64,000 bases of DNA from Victivallaceae bacterium (lineage in GTDB: Bacteria > Verrucomicrobiota > Lentisphaeria > Victivallales > Victivallaceae), in assembly GCA_045598845.1 (NCBI GenBank), contig JAZRUY010000034.1:7604-71603 (forward strand). Reading direction: 5' to 3'. Positions 34,428 to 43,765 of this stretch are shown here, piece after piece (the stretch's first letter is position 1; each line of letters begins with the position of its first letter). The translations under genes were made by a program, and so were the position numbers. The notes below the pieces were generated by a model. That model was not told the origin of the DNA and did not search any database. It saw only the letters and a program-made list of their open reading frames with translations.

Positions 34428-35309
34428 ATGCGTTGTTCCGTGATCGTGTCCGCCGCCCTGGGCGCGGTTTTCTCCTTTGTTTCCGGGCTGTCCGCCGCTG
34501 ACGGCCGGGATGCCGCGTTTGAGCGTCAGCGCCGTGAGATCAGCCGCCGTTACCATGAGGAATTGCAGCGGTGGCAAGCGGTGATGAACGGGGCGAACGA
34601 GGACGGGGTTCAGCTCGGATGGACTATGGCCGTCGGTGATCGCGGCGATTTGGAGGAGCGCTTTTACCGGGAGATTTCCGCCTGGCGTCTGAACTCGGCG
34701 GCAACGCCGCTGGAACGGCAGTTTGTCGAGAGCGAGATCCGTAATGTTTACTGCCGTCATGCGTTGTACCGCTCCCTTGTCCGTTACGATAAACTGTTCG
34801 AAAAATATGAAAAATTCAGCCAGTACGGCAGTGCGGGTTCCATGCTGTTCGGGGATTTGTATTCCGCAATATACGAACCGTTTAACCGCCGGATGCTGCT
34901 CAGTGCGGAAGAATTGGAAAAGGAGGTGGAGGCGGTCCGCTATCCGGTGCGTTTTACCATGAACGGCAAGGAGTATCTGGTGCGGGTTGATGCCGGGATT
35001 CCTTTTGAAATGGATTTCTGGTTCGACGGCAAATTCAAGAGAACCGAATTGTACCGGATCGGCCTTCAGCTTGCCGCTGAGTGCGGCGGCCGGAAATTCG
35101 CCGTGTTCAACATTGATAAATTCGATTTTTGCGACAGCAGCGGCTACAATACTCTGGTTGCGGAATTGCGCGACGGCGAATGGCGCGCCCGCCGGATGTA
35201 TATGCAGATGAGCATAGACAAATGCGAGCATATCGGAGATGTGCTGAAACTTAACGACGGCGGTATTGTTTATGAATTTTCCATGCGCGGATGTCCGCTG
35301 TCATTTTGA
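34428..35309 (+). CDS. hypothetical secreted protein
   Basis: 293 aa from ATG 34428 (TTG 34422 also possible). Signal peptide MRCSVIVSAALGAVFSFVSGLSAA. No family recognised. The 281-aa antisense ORF has junk-like composition. Confidence 0.6.
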   Translation: MRCSVIVSAALGAVFSFVSGLSAADGRDAAFERQRREISRRYHEELQRWQAVMNGANEDGVQLGWTMAVGDRGDLEERFYREISAWRLNSAATPLERQFVESEIRNVYCRHALYRSLVRYDKLFEKYEKFSQYGSAGSMLFGDLYSAIYEPFNRRMLLSAEELEKEVEAVRYPVRFTMNGKEYLVRVDAGIPFEMDFWFDGKFKRTELYRIGLQLAAECGGRKFAVFNIDKFDFCDSSGYNTLVAELRDGEWRARRMYMQMSIDKCEHIGDVLKLNDGGIVYEFSMRGCPLSF

Positions 35310-35480
35310 TTTTTATGAAACCGTACAGATAAATGTATTTAGGCGTTTTTATTGCAAGTCTGATTTGCAAATTTAAAATCATGATAAACCGCGTATCCGC
35401 TGAATTCATCCTGAATATTCTGCAAGATCGGAGAATAGCCGGATCCTGCGTAAACGCGGATTTTATGGCGTACAATCCTC

Positions 35481-35521
35481 GCGCGCGATCGTGCCCGGTG
35501 ATCGCGCCTGACGATCGCGCG
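35481..35521. repeat. three copies of GATCGCGC (one inverted, two direct) forming mutually exclusive 8-bp or 10-bp hairpins
   Basis: CGCGCGATCG 35482-35491 is the exact reverse complement of CGATCGCGCG 35512-35521. A third GATCGCGC lies at 35500-35507. Confidence 0.6.
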
Positions 35522-35614
35522 TTGGCGGCGGAAAAACCCTGTTCATCCGTATTGCGCTTAAAAAATCCGCGGAAAATCAGACCTCCGGTGTTTCATCCGG
35601 GGCGCCTGCGGTTC

Positions 35615-35643
35615 TTGCATCCCGGCAAGGAGGAGTATATATT
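35615..35643 (+). promoter_or_regulatory. sigma70-like promoter TTGCAT-17-TATATT for acyltransferase-lptD operon
   Basis: TTGCAT 35615-35620, 17-nt spacer, TATATT 35638-35643. The downstream leader has a GGCCG-GTAA-CGGCC hairpin and a GAGAGGA SD. Confidence 0.5.
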
Positions 35644-35716
35644 ACGGGGTTATGTAACAGTATACTGCTGAGGCCGGTAACGGCCCGCGGACAACAGAAC
35701 CACTGAGAGGAATGCT

Positions 35717-36538
35717 ATGCCTCCGTTCCGTGAAACGCATATTTTCACCGGGGATTCCTACGATACTCCCGCCGATGCTCCGAAATCACTGCTTTTCCGG
35801 CTGCTGCTGAAATCCCGCTGGTATTTTTACGCCCGCAATTTCCACATTTTCTACCGCACCGGTAAATTCGGTCTGCGCGGCGAGCTGACCAAAGAGCGGC
35901 AGATCGCCTACTCCAACCGCAATGTGACTCTGGTGGAGGAGTGCGGCGGGCATATCCATGTGCGCGGCATGGATAACCTCCGTTCCTCCGCCGGCGAACC
36001 GGTGGTTTTCATCGGCAATCACATGAGTCTGCTGGAAACCGCGCTGATGCACGCGCTGATCCGGGAATATTTCGACTTCACTTTCGTGGTCAAGAAGCAA
36101 CTGACCGAAATCCCGTTTTTCAAGGGCATTATGCGGTCGATGAACGCCATCGCGGTGGGGAGGAGCAATCCGCGCGATGATCTACGGGCGGTGATGGACG
36201 AGGGGAAAAAACATATTGACGCCGGTCATTCGGTCGTGATTTTCCCCCAGCATACCCGGAGCGCGGTGTTCGACCCGTCCAAGTTCAATACCATCGGAGT
36301 CAAGCTGGCGAAGCACTGCGGAGTCCGGGTGATTCCTTTCGCCTTGAAAACCGATTTTCTGGAAACCGGCAAAGTGCTTCGCGATTTGGGTCCGGTTCAC
36401 CCGGAGCGCGATGTCTGGTTCGAATTCGGCGCTCCGCAGACCGTGGAGGGCAACGGTCAGGAGTTGCAGCGCCGTATTATCGACTTTATTTCCGGCCGGC
36501 TGGCGGTCTGGCAGGGCGGGGAGGAATCCGGCAGGTGA
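35717..36538 (+). CDS. lysophospholipid (1-acyl-sn-glycerol-3-phosphate) acyltransferase family protein
   Basis: 273 aa. PlsC-type motif I as GNHMSLLE (Glu where Asp is usual), plus later FPQHTRS (compare FPEGTR) motif. Confidence 0.75.
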   Translation: MPPFRETHIFTGDSYDTPADAPKSLLFRLLLKSRWYFYARNFHIFYRTGKFGLRGELTKERQIAYSNRNVTLVEECGGHIHVRGMDNLRSSAGEPVVFIGNHMSLLETALMHALIREYFDFTFVVKKQLTEIPFFKGIMRSMNAIAVGRSNPRDDLRAVMDEGKKHIDAGHSVVIFPQHTRSAVFDPSKFNTIGVKLAKHCGVRVIPFALKTDFLETGKVLRDLGPVHPERDVWFEFGAPQTVEGNGQELQRRIIDFISGRLAVWQGGEESGR

Positions 36539-39189
36539 GGTTTTTCCGTACATTCATTATGCTGCCGGCGGTGTTCGCCGCCGGGATTGCCTTGTACGGC
36601 GGGGATGTGGTTACCGAAGCCGCGGATAATGAGGTCAGTCCGGATAATTTCAGCGAACTGCGCGCCGATGAATTCAATGTGGTCGGCGATAATATCGTGG
36701 TGAGCGGCAATGTTTATCTGCCGCTGGAAGACGACATGGAGCTTTTCGCCGACCGCGCGGTGGTGAATGTCAGCAACCGCGATATCGAGGCGAGCGGGCA
36801 TATCCGGCTCTACCGCTGGTCGGAGGTCAGCGGAAAGGTGGAAACGGATCAGCTTGCCAGGTTGCAGAAGGAAAACGACTGCCGGTTGAGCGTGGAGGCG
36901 GTGGAAGGCGATATCTGGGGCGGGCGCAAAGTGTCGGTTTCGGCGCGCTGCTGCAACGAAAGGGTCACCGCCGACCGTTTCACCGGCAACCTGCTCTCCA
37001 GGTATTTTACTTTCGAGAATGCGAAATTCGCTTTCAGGAATTTTGTGGCGACCGCGGAATTCGCCGAACGGATGCCGGACGGTGTCATCAATGCCTCCAA
37101 CGCTGAAATCAGCGGCTGCGAATATCTGGTGAGCAACAACGCCCATTATTCCATCGGCTGCACCAGCGCCACCTTGTCGCCGCCTCCTCCTCCGTCCGGA
37201 GACAGCGCCATCAACAAGGATGCGGGGGAATACAGCGTGCTGATGACCAACAGCACTTTAAGGATTTACGGTATCCCGCTGGCATGGCTGCCGGTGGTCT
37301 ATAAACCGAAGGACGAATCGCTGCGTCTGTTCCAGATGCAGCTGGGCAGCAGCAGCGATTACGGTTTCTTTATCCGGCTCTCCAAGAAGTTCAAACTTTC
37401 CGATTATCCCCAGGCGTCCGTGCGTCTGCTGGGTGATTATTTCGATTCACGCGGTTTCGGATACGGTATCTCCGGCAAGGTTGAGACGGACAATTCCGTC
37501 ACCAGCGTGTTCGCCTACACGATACGCGACCGCAACAGTGATGAAAACGACGAGTACAGCAAATACCGCATCGATGTACCTTACAACCGCTACGATTTCC
37601 GCATCAGCAACCTCACGCATATTACTCCCCGGCTGGATTTCCGCGGAGTGTTCGAGTTGCAGAGTGATCCGTATGTGACACGCGATTTCTTTGAAGACCG
37701 CTATAACGGCGATCCGCAGCCCGCCACCTACGCTTCGCTGGAATATCAGTTCGACCATTTCTCGGCTTCGCTCTATGTGCGGCCGCGGGTGAACAGTTTT
37801 TATACTACCGTGCAGCGGCTGCCGGAATTCAAACTGGAAATTCCCCGTCAGGAACTCTTCGGCACCAATGTCTACTATCAGGGCGATCTGTCGCTCGCCT
37901 ATCTGAAGATGTCGTGGCTGGACTATGACCAGCCGCCGGAGAACGAATTGTTCAAGTTGACGGATTACAGTACTTTCCGGGTGGACACCACTCATTTCCT
38001 GTACTACCCGATCCGGCTCGGATGGCTTAATATCGTTCCCCGGGCCGGTGTGAAAATGGTCGGCTACAGCAACAGCAGTTCGGAGCCGTTGTCCCCTGAG
38101 GAACTCGCAACTTTGCTTAAAGCGGCGGATCCGCAGGGAAAAGGATTGTACGAGGTGAAGAACTACAACGAGAGCGGTCACGGCAAATTCCGGTTTCTCG
38201 GAGAAATCGGGGTGGAGGCGTCCACCAAGATCCACAACACCTGGCACGATCTGCGCAGTTACTGGCTGCAGATTGACGGGTTGCGCCATGTGCTGCAGCC
38301 GTATATCAATTACACTCTGATCGCCGCATCCGATTCTCCGGATGAAATTCTCTATTTCGATGATGTGGACCGGCTGGACGATGCCCACTTCATCCGCATC
38401 GGCATGCACAACCGGCTGGAAACCCGCAGCGGGGATAAGATCAAATCACTTTTTTCCATGGAGAACTTCTGGGATTTCTACATGGACAGCGATGACCGGG
38501 TCCGCAACAGCCATATCGGTAATATCGGCACCGTGCTGAAAGCGAATCTGATTAAGGATGTCACTCTGAGCGCCGATATACTCATAGACCCGGCCAATGC
38601 CAACGGTCCTATTCCGGAAACGATGCGCAACGGCCGCTCCGCCGGTTATCCCGGTCTGGACTGCGACTGGATAAACCGCTTGAATGTGTCTCTTGATTAT
38701 ACGCCGGCAACGGACTGGAAATTCAATCTCTCCTATACCTACAACCGCAATTACAACAGCCGCTACGCTTATTCCATGGGGTCGTCGATGACCCAGATCG
38801 ATTCCGGTTCGTTGTTCAATAAATTCTTTGACGAGCGCACCGATCAGCTCAGTTTTTCGGTAGGGTTGCCGATAACCCCGGATCACCGCACTTTGGCAAG
38901 TTACCGGCTTTCCTACGATTTTCTGGACGGCCGGTGCAAGACGCAGGAATTCCAGCTGATCCGCCGGTTCCACTGTGTCGAGTTGTCGGCCGGTCTGAAA
39001 CTGGAGTTCAAGAAACGAAACTCCCCTCGCAAGGGGTACACTCTGGAGGACGACTGGATGTTCCAGGTCAATTTTCTCGGCATGCAGATGCCGGCCGGCA
39101 GCGGATCCCCGGCATTGGCGGAAATCGACCGGGAGATGTCCGGCTCGGCGGCCGGCAAAGTGAATATTTGGAAAACCGATACCGACTGA
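36535..39189 (+). CDS. lptD: LPS-assembly outer membrane protein LptD-like
   Basis: 884 aa. GTG start overlapping the upstream stop (GTGA). Signal peptide, OstA-like N-terminal domain (ADEFNVVGDNIVVSGNVYL...FADRAVVNVSNRDIEASGHIRLY), then a long Y/F/N/S-rich beta-barrel region. Confidence 0.78.
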   Translation: MRFFRTFIMLPAVFAAGIALYGGDVVTEAADNEVSPDNFSELRADEFNVVGDNIVVSGNVYLPLEDDMELFADRAVVNVSNRDIEASGHIRLYRWSEVSGKVETDQLARLQKENDCRLSVEAVEGDIWGGRKVSVSARCCNERVTADRFTGNLLSRYFTFENAKFAFRNFVATAEFAERMPDGVINASNAEISGCEYLVSNNAHYSIGCTSATLSPPPPPSGDSAINKDAGEYSVLMTNSTLRIYGIPLAWLPVVYKPKDESLRLFQMQLGSSSDYGFFIRLSKKFKLSDYPQASVRLLGDYFDSRGFGYGISGKVETDNSVTSVFAYTIRDRNSDENDEYSKYRIDVPYNRYDFRISNLTHITPRLDFRGVFELQSDPYVTRDFFEDRYNGDPQPATYASLEYQFDHFSASLYVRPRVNSFYTTVQRLPEFKLEIPRQELFGTNVYYQGDLSLAYLKMSWLDYDQPPENELFKLTDYSTFRVDTTHFLYYPIRLGWLNIVPRAGVKMVGYSNSSSEPLSPEELATLLKAADPQGKGLYEVKNYNESGHGKFRFLGEIGVEASTKIHNTWHDLRSYWLQIDGLRHVLQPYINYTLIAASDSPDEILYFDDVDRLDDAHFIRIGMHNRLETRSGDKIKSLFSMENFWDFYMDSDDRVRNSHIGNIGTVLKANLIKDVTLSADILIDPANANGPIPETMRNGRSAGYPGLDCDWINRLNVSLDYTPATDWKFNLSYTYNRNYNSRYAYSMGSSMTQIDSGSLFNKFFDERTDQLSFSVGLPITPDHRTLASYRLSYDFLDGRCKTQEFQLIRRFHCVELSAGLKLEFKKRNSPRKGYTLEDDWMFQVNFLGMQMPAGSGSPALAEIDREMSGSAAGKVNIWKTDTD

Positions 39190-39223
39190 TTTGTTGAATT
39201 AAAATAATCTGCGGAGATTTGCC

Positions 39224-40210
39224 ATGTACATTGTAACAGGAGGAGCCGGGCTCATCGGCAGTACGGTGATTTGGGCGCTTAACCGGCGCGGGATCGATGA
39301 TATTCTGGCGGTTGACCACTTGGGGGCGGTTACCGACAAGTGGAAGAATCTGGTGCCGCTGCGTTTTTCCGACTATCTGGAAAAGGACGATTTCCGGGCA
39401 AAACTTGCCGCCGGATATTTCACCGGCAAGGATATCGAAGGGGTGATTCATCTCGGCGCCTGCTCCTCTACCACCGAAAAGGATGCCGGCTATCTGGTCG
39501 ATAATAATTTCCGCGCCACTTGCGAACTCGCCGAGTTCTGCGCCGGCCGCCGTATCCGCTTTGTCTATGCGTCGAGTTGCGCCACCTACGGCGACGGTTC
39601 CGAAGGTTATCTCGATGACGAGAATATAATCGGACGGCTCCGCCCGTTGAATATGTACGGCTACAGCAAGCAGATGTTCGATCTGTGGGCGCTGCGGCGC
39701 GGTATGCTCGGCAGTATCACCGGCTGTAAATTCTCCAATATTTACGGTCCTAACGAGCGTCACAAGGGCGGTATGCGCAGCATGGTGCTGCGGGCCTTCG
39801 AGCAGATTACCGCATCCGGCAAGGTTTCTCTGTTCCGTTCACTTCGTCCGGAGTACCGCGACGGTGAGCAGAAACGGGATTTCCTGTATGTTAAAGATGC
39901 CGCCGACATGGTGCTTTATCTGTTCGGCCGCGAGAATGCCGGCGGGTTGTACAACATCGGCAGCGGCAAGGCGGAAACCTGGAACGCCCTTGCGGCGGCG
40001 GTGTTCCGGGCATTGGATAAAAATCCGGTTATTGAATATATCGATATGCCGGAATACCTGCGCGGCCGTTATCAGTACTACACCTGCGCGGAGACCGGTA
40101 AAATCCGCGCGCTGGGGTATAGCCGGGAGCCGCTGCCGCTGGCGGATGCCGTGTCCGACTGCGTGAAAAATTACCTGCTTCCGGATAAATTCCTCGGCGA
40201 TGAAAAATAA
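39224..40210 (+). CDS. hldD: ADP-L-glycero-D-manno-heptose 6-epimerase
   Basis: 328 aa. VTGGAGLIGS, HLGACSSTTE, YASSCATYG, MYGYSK (YxxxK) as in HldD/RfaD. Confidence 0.9.
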   Translation: MYIVTGGAGLIGSTVIWALNRRGIDDILAVDHLGAVTDKWKNLVPLRFSDYLEKDDFRAKLAAGYFTGKDIEGVIHLGACSSTTEKDAGYLVDNNFRATCELAEFCAGRRIRFVYASSCATYGDGSEGYLDDENIIGRLRPLNMYGYSKQMFDLWALRRGMLGSITGCKFSNIYGPNERHKGGMRSMVLRAFEQITASGKVSLFRSLRPEYRDGEQKRDFLYVKDAADMVLYLFGRENAGGLYNIGSGKAETWNALAAAVFRALDKNPVIEYIDMPEYLRGRYQYYTCAETGKIRALGYSREPLPLADAVSDCVKNYLLPDKFLGDEK

Positions 40211-41423
40211 TCCCGGCGGCACGTCCGGCCGGATTATAACCGCGGTATGGCGCGGTGTGGCGGCGGTGGAAAGCGGGCGGACCGGTTTGGACGATTACCT
40301 GGATTCCGCCGCCGTGCCGCCGGAGATTAGGCGCAGTGCGGAAAGCGCGCTGTTTTTGTATTATCGCAACAAATGTTTCGTTGACGGAATCATCCGCCGT
40401 TACTGCCGTTCCGCTCCGTCTCCGGATCTGCGTGCTTTTCTTGCCGCCGCTCTCACGCAGCAGTTTTTTCAAAGCGGTATTGCTCCTCAATCGGCCGCCA
40501 ATGTGGCGGTTGAAACCGCAAAAACACACTTCTCCGCCGGAGCGGTGAAATTTGTCAATGCGCTGCTGCGGCGCGGAATGCGCGAAATGCCGCGGCCGCC
40601 GGAACCGCGGCCGCCGGAAACAATACTGCCTCCGGCCGTATTGCGGCGGTGGCGGCGGAATTTCGGAGAGGATATCTGTGCCTCGCTGGCGGATTTGTAT
40701 TTGCGTCAGCCTCCGTTTACTTTCCGTATGATTGCACCGGAAAATTTACCAGGCGGATGTGAGCCCGTCGCCGGGTTCGGTCCGTTCCGGTTCGGCACCG
40801 GAGAACCTGCCGCGGTTTTGAATTCCGCCGGTTTTGCGGCCGGCGGAATATATATTCAGGATCCCGCCGCTTCACTGGCCCCGTCGCTGGCTGTCTGCGG
40901 CACATCGCCGGGAAGGATTCTGGATATGTGCGCTGCTCCTGGCGGCAAAACCCTGATGCTGCACGAGTTGTTTCCATCCGCTTCTCTGACCGCGGCGGAC
41001 CGTTCGGCTGCACGGCAGAAACTCACGGCGGAAAATTTGTCCCGCCGGAATATCGCCGCGGAAATCATCGCTGCGACTCCGGAGCAATTGACGGGAAGTT
41101 TTGATTTGGTACTGGCGGATGTGCCTTGTTCCAATACCGGAGTATTCCGTCACCGTCCTGATGCCCTGTGGCGGTTTTCCGAATCCGCCTTACGGGATTT
41201 GCTGCCGGTTCAGAAACGGATTTTGAACCGCGCCGCCGAGTTGACGGAACCTGGCGGAGTATTGATTTACAGCACTTGCTCCATCGAGCCGGAAGAGAAT
41301 ACGGAAACCGCCGGGATTTTTATGGAATCACATCCGGAATTCACGCTGATTTCCGAACGTCGGCTGATGCCGGCGGAATCCGGTGACGGCGCTTATGCCG
41401 TTTGCTGGATGAAAAACCGGTGA
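40200..41423 (+). CDS. RsmB/NOL1/NOP2/Sun family rRNA cytosine-C5 methyltransferase
   Basis: 407 aa. DMCAAPGGKT, DVPCSNTGVFRHRPD, YSTCSIEPEENT motifs. 11-nt overlap with hldD. Confidence 0.8.
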   Translation: MKNNPGGTSGRIITAVWRGVAAVESGRTGLDDYLDSAAVPPEIRRSAESALFLYYRNKCFVDGIIRRYCRSAPSPDLRAFLAAALTQQFFQSGIAPQSAANVAVETAKTHFSAGAVKFVNALLRRGMREMPRPPEPRPPETILPPAVLRRWRRNFGEDICASLADLYLRQPPFTFRMIAPENLPGGCEPVAGFGPFRFGTGEPAAVLNSAGFAAGGIYIQDPAASLAPSLAVCGTSPGRILDMCAAPGGKTLMLHELFPSASLTAADRSAARQKLTAENLSRRNIAAEIIAATPEQLTGSFDLVLADVPCSNTGVFRHRPDALWRFSESALRDLLPVQKRILNRAAELTEPGGVLIYSTCSIEPEENTETAGIFMESHPEFTLISERRLMPAESGDGAYAVCWMKNR

Positions 41424-41446
41424 TAACGTAGACGCATTATCACCGG
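41412..41446 (-). terminator. rho-independent terminator of proA-ntpI-ntpK (embedded in 3' end of rsmB-like gene)
   Basis: Perfect 10-bp stem CCGGTGATAA (41417-41426) / TTATCACCGG (41437-41446). On the minus strand it is followed by TTTTTC. Lies 28 nt past the ntpK stop. Confidence 0.45.
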
Positions 41447-41474
41447 TCCGCTGCCGTAAAACATTCGGAAGTTT

Positions 41475-41933
41475 TTACAGTGCGAAAAGTGAGAAAATCA
41501 AGGCGAAAATCGCACAGGTTTCCACCACTCCCACCACGATAATGTAATTGCTGAAACCTTTACCGGTTTCCGCCAGCGCATTGGCTCCCGCCGCCGCCGC
41601 CTTGCCCTGGAATATCGCCGACACCAGCAACGCGATGCCGCAGAGGATGCCGATCATTATGTAGGCCGGCCAGTTTGGCGCCGCCTCGGTTGCTTTGCCG
41701 TTGATGAAGATCAGCATGATCAGTCCGTAAATCGTCTGAGTCAGAGGCGCGCCGGCGAACGATACCAGCAGGAAAGACGCGGGTTTGTCCTGCAGATAAC
41801 ATTTTTTCCATGCGCCGATGGAAGCGGAACCGGCAATACCGACGCCGATAGCGGAGCCGACCGCTCCCAGCGCAACCGCGAAATATCCGCCGACCTTGGC
41901 CAGTGCCGTCATCAGTTCAGTACTCTCAATCAT
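41475..41933 (-). CDS. ntpK: V-type ATP synthase subunit K (proteolipid)
   Basis: 152 aa, four hydrophobic helices. Gly/Ala-rich c-subunit pattern (GAVGSAIGVGIAG, GKAAAAGANALAETG). Confidence 0.85.
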   Translation of the reverse strand: MIESTELMTALAKVGGYFAVALGAVGSAIGVGIAGSASIGAWKKCYLQDKPASFLLVSFAGAPLTQTIYGLIMLIFINGKATEAAPNWPAYIMIGILCGIALLVSAIFQGKAAAAGANALAETGKGFSNYIIVVGVVETCAIFALIFSLFAL

Positions 41934-41935
41934 GA

Positions 41936-43744
41936 TTATTTCTCCTTTTTCTGTTTGCCGCCGGCAAACGGTTTATATTCACATCCTCCCCATCGCAATC
42001 CTGCATGGTTGGAAAATTCCAGAGTGTTCAGCCGGATTCCGTGTACCAGTACGCTCATTGCGCAAAGAATAATATTCAGCCCGTGCCCCAGCACTACCAC
42101 CAGCACACCGAACACCGCCGCCAGCCAGCCGAGTCCGCAGAGATCGCGCCCCATGCCGTTTATGCTTACGGCGATATAATATCCGGCCATGCCGACGGCG
42201 AACAGCCGGATGTAACTCAGCACATCGACAAAACTGTTGATGACATTGGACGGAAACTGAAAAACATCAGCGATATTGCGCCAGTTGACATCGAATATCA
42301 TTACGAGAAGCAATCCGGTACCGTACAGCCAGTACATATATGTTGGAAAATCTCCGGGATAGACCAGCAACCGCTCGGTAAGAAAGAAATTGCCCCATAA
42401 TATCAGCATCCAGCCGAGATTGCGGAGAACACAGCGTAAATTGCCGGCGGCTACCGCCTGCCATATATGCCCCAGAGAAAGTTGCCCGGCCGCCAGCAGA
42501 AAACAGAAAAACTGGGTGTTGCGGTCTTTCATGGCATCGATGGCCAGCGCCGGTATTTGCGCCCAGCGCAGAAAATCCGGCGCGGTGCCGAATATGTTTC
42601 CGGTAAACAGCCCCCACAGCGTAGTGGCGATACCTAATATCAGAAACAGACGCACCGGCAATGCCGCCGCCGGCCGGTTGCGGTACCGGCATAATGCCGC
42701 GACCGCCGCCGCGGTCATCAGCAGCCCGTACCCGCCGTCTCCGATAATAATCGCGGTGAATACGGTAAAAAACAGCAGAAATCCGGTAGAAACATCAATT
42801 TCATCATATCCGGGGGCTATGCCGAGAAATTTAAACAGCGGCTGTATTGCGCGGGTGAATTTTCCCAATTTCAGCAAGGTCGGGACCCGGTCGTCCGGCG
42901 CCGGATCTTCCACCAGCAACCCCCAGCCGCATGCGGCGGCCGCATTTTCCAGCCGCGGTAATTCCGGTACCGGCACAAATCCGGTGAGGGAGGCTATGGT
43001 TCCCTGCTTGTACAGAGCCTCGCCGGCCAGAGCGAATTCATATTCCGATTCCAATGCGGCGATATGGGCTTTCATTGCCGGCAATGCGGCAAGCATTCCG
43101 GAAAGTTTTTCATCGGTATCGTTCAGTTCCGCTTCCAGGCTGTTCAGTTTCCGGCGCAATTCCGCCGGATTATCCTCGTCTTTGAGCGGAAAATCCGGTA
43201 TAGCGATATCCTTGGGGAACCCGGCGTCTGAAAGCATGGCGAAAAATATTTTGCCGTCTTTTTCACTGATTTTTTCAACGGCGATGCCGTCTATGGCTTC
43301 CAGCCGGTGTAAATCGCTTTCCGTTCCGCGGCATAATTTGAAATCTATGCCGGACCGGCGCAAGTGTTCCAAGTCCGCCCGGTCAAAATCTCCCCACGGT
43401 TCCAGACGGTCGAGATTTTTTCGTATGCCGGCGATGTCACCGGTCAGGCGGTCGCGCAAATCCATCATGGCGGCGGCATCGATTTCTTTCATCGCTGTAT
43501 CAATCCGGTTCCAATCCGCCTGCTGCCGCGGGGATGACGGAACCACGGTGTTTTGCATCCGCTCCAGTCTCCGTACGGTAACGGAAACCTGATTGAGCAA
43601 ATCCCCTGCGCGCGAGGCATCTCCGTTGCGGACCGGTCTGATTTGCTCCAGGTGCATTATTCCGAGATCGCGCAGGGAATGCAGTGCCGGTATCCGCTCT
43701 GATTCCAGCATCAGCAAAGTTACTTTTTTCATTGGGACTATCAT
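41936..43744 (-). CDS. ntpI: V-type ATP synthase subunit I
   Basis: 602 aa. N-terminal soluble coiled-coil half (MIVPMKKVTLLML...) and polytopic C-terminal half with YIRLFAVGMAG-type stator motif. Confidence 0.85.
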   Translation of the reverse strand: MIVPMKKVTLLMLESERIPALHSLRDLGIMHLEQIRPVRNGDASRAGDLLNQVSVTVRRLERMQNTVVPSSPRQQADWNRIDTAMKEIDAAAMMDLRDRLTGDIAGIRKNLDRLEPWGDFDRADLEHLRRSGIDFKLCRGTESDLHRLEAIDGIAVEKISEKDGKIFFAMLSDAGFPKDIAIPDFPLKDEDNPAELRRKLNSLEAELNDTDEKLSGMLAALPAMKAHIAALESEYEFALAGEALYKQGTIASLTGFVPVPELPRLENAAAACGWGLLVEDPAPDDRVPTLLKLGKFTRAIQPLFKFLGIAPGYDEIDVSTGFLLFFTVFTAIIIGDGGYGLLMTAAAVAALCRYRNRPAAALPVRLFLILGIATTLWGLFTGNIFGTAPDFLRWAQIPALAIDAMKDRNTQFFCFLLAAGQLSLGHIWQAVAAGNLRCVLRNLGWMLILWGNFFLTERLLVYPGDFPTYMYWLYGTGLLLVMIFDVNWRNIADVFQFPSNVINSFVDVLSYIRLFAVGMAGYYIAVSINGMGRDLCGLGWLAAVFGVLVVVLGHGLNIILCAMSVLVHGIRLNTLEFSNHAGLRWGGCEYKPFAGGKQKKEK

Positions 43745-43765
43745 AGCGAGACCAGCTTGTATTTC

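Noticed and set aside
34386-35231. 281-aa minus-strand ORF competing with the 34428-35309 plus-strand gene
   Set aside because: The plus-strand frame has a clean signal peptide, balanced composition and an upstream promoter. The minus-strand frame is His/Gln/Arg-rich and would run into the plus-strand promoter region.
35333-35671. 112-aa ORF filling the 407-bp intergenic region (and 35251-35475 on the minus strand)
   Set aside because: It has no SD. It crosses the GATCGCGC repeat cluster and the TTGCAT-17-TATATT promoter. Its composition is Arg/Pro-rich. Treated as non-coding.
35700-35716. CUGAGA-like string (ccactgagagg) reminiscent of the TPP riboswitch core
   Set aside because: It is only a hexamer match that overlaps the SD of the acyltransferase gene. 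None of the other conserved TPP-riboswitch elements is present, and the downstream genes are unrelated to thiamine.
42390-43592. 400-aa ORF antisense to ntpI (and 42005-42400, 41955-42179)
   Set aside because: Ser/Ala/Arg-rich shadow ORFs. The opposite strand encodes a well-formed V-ATPase subunit I.
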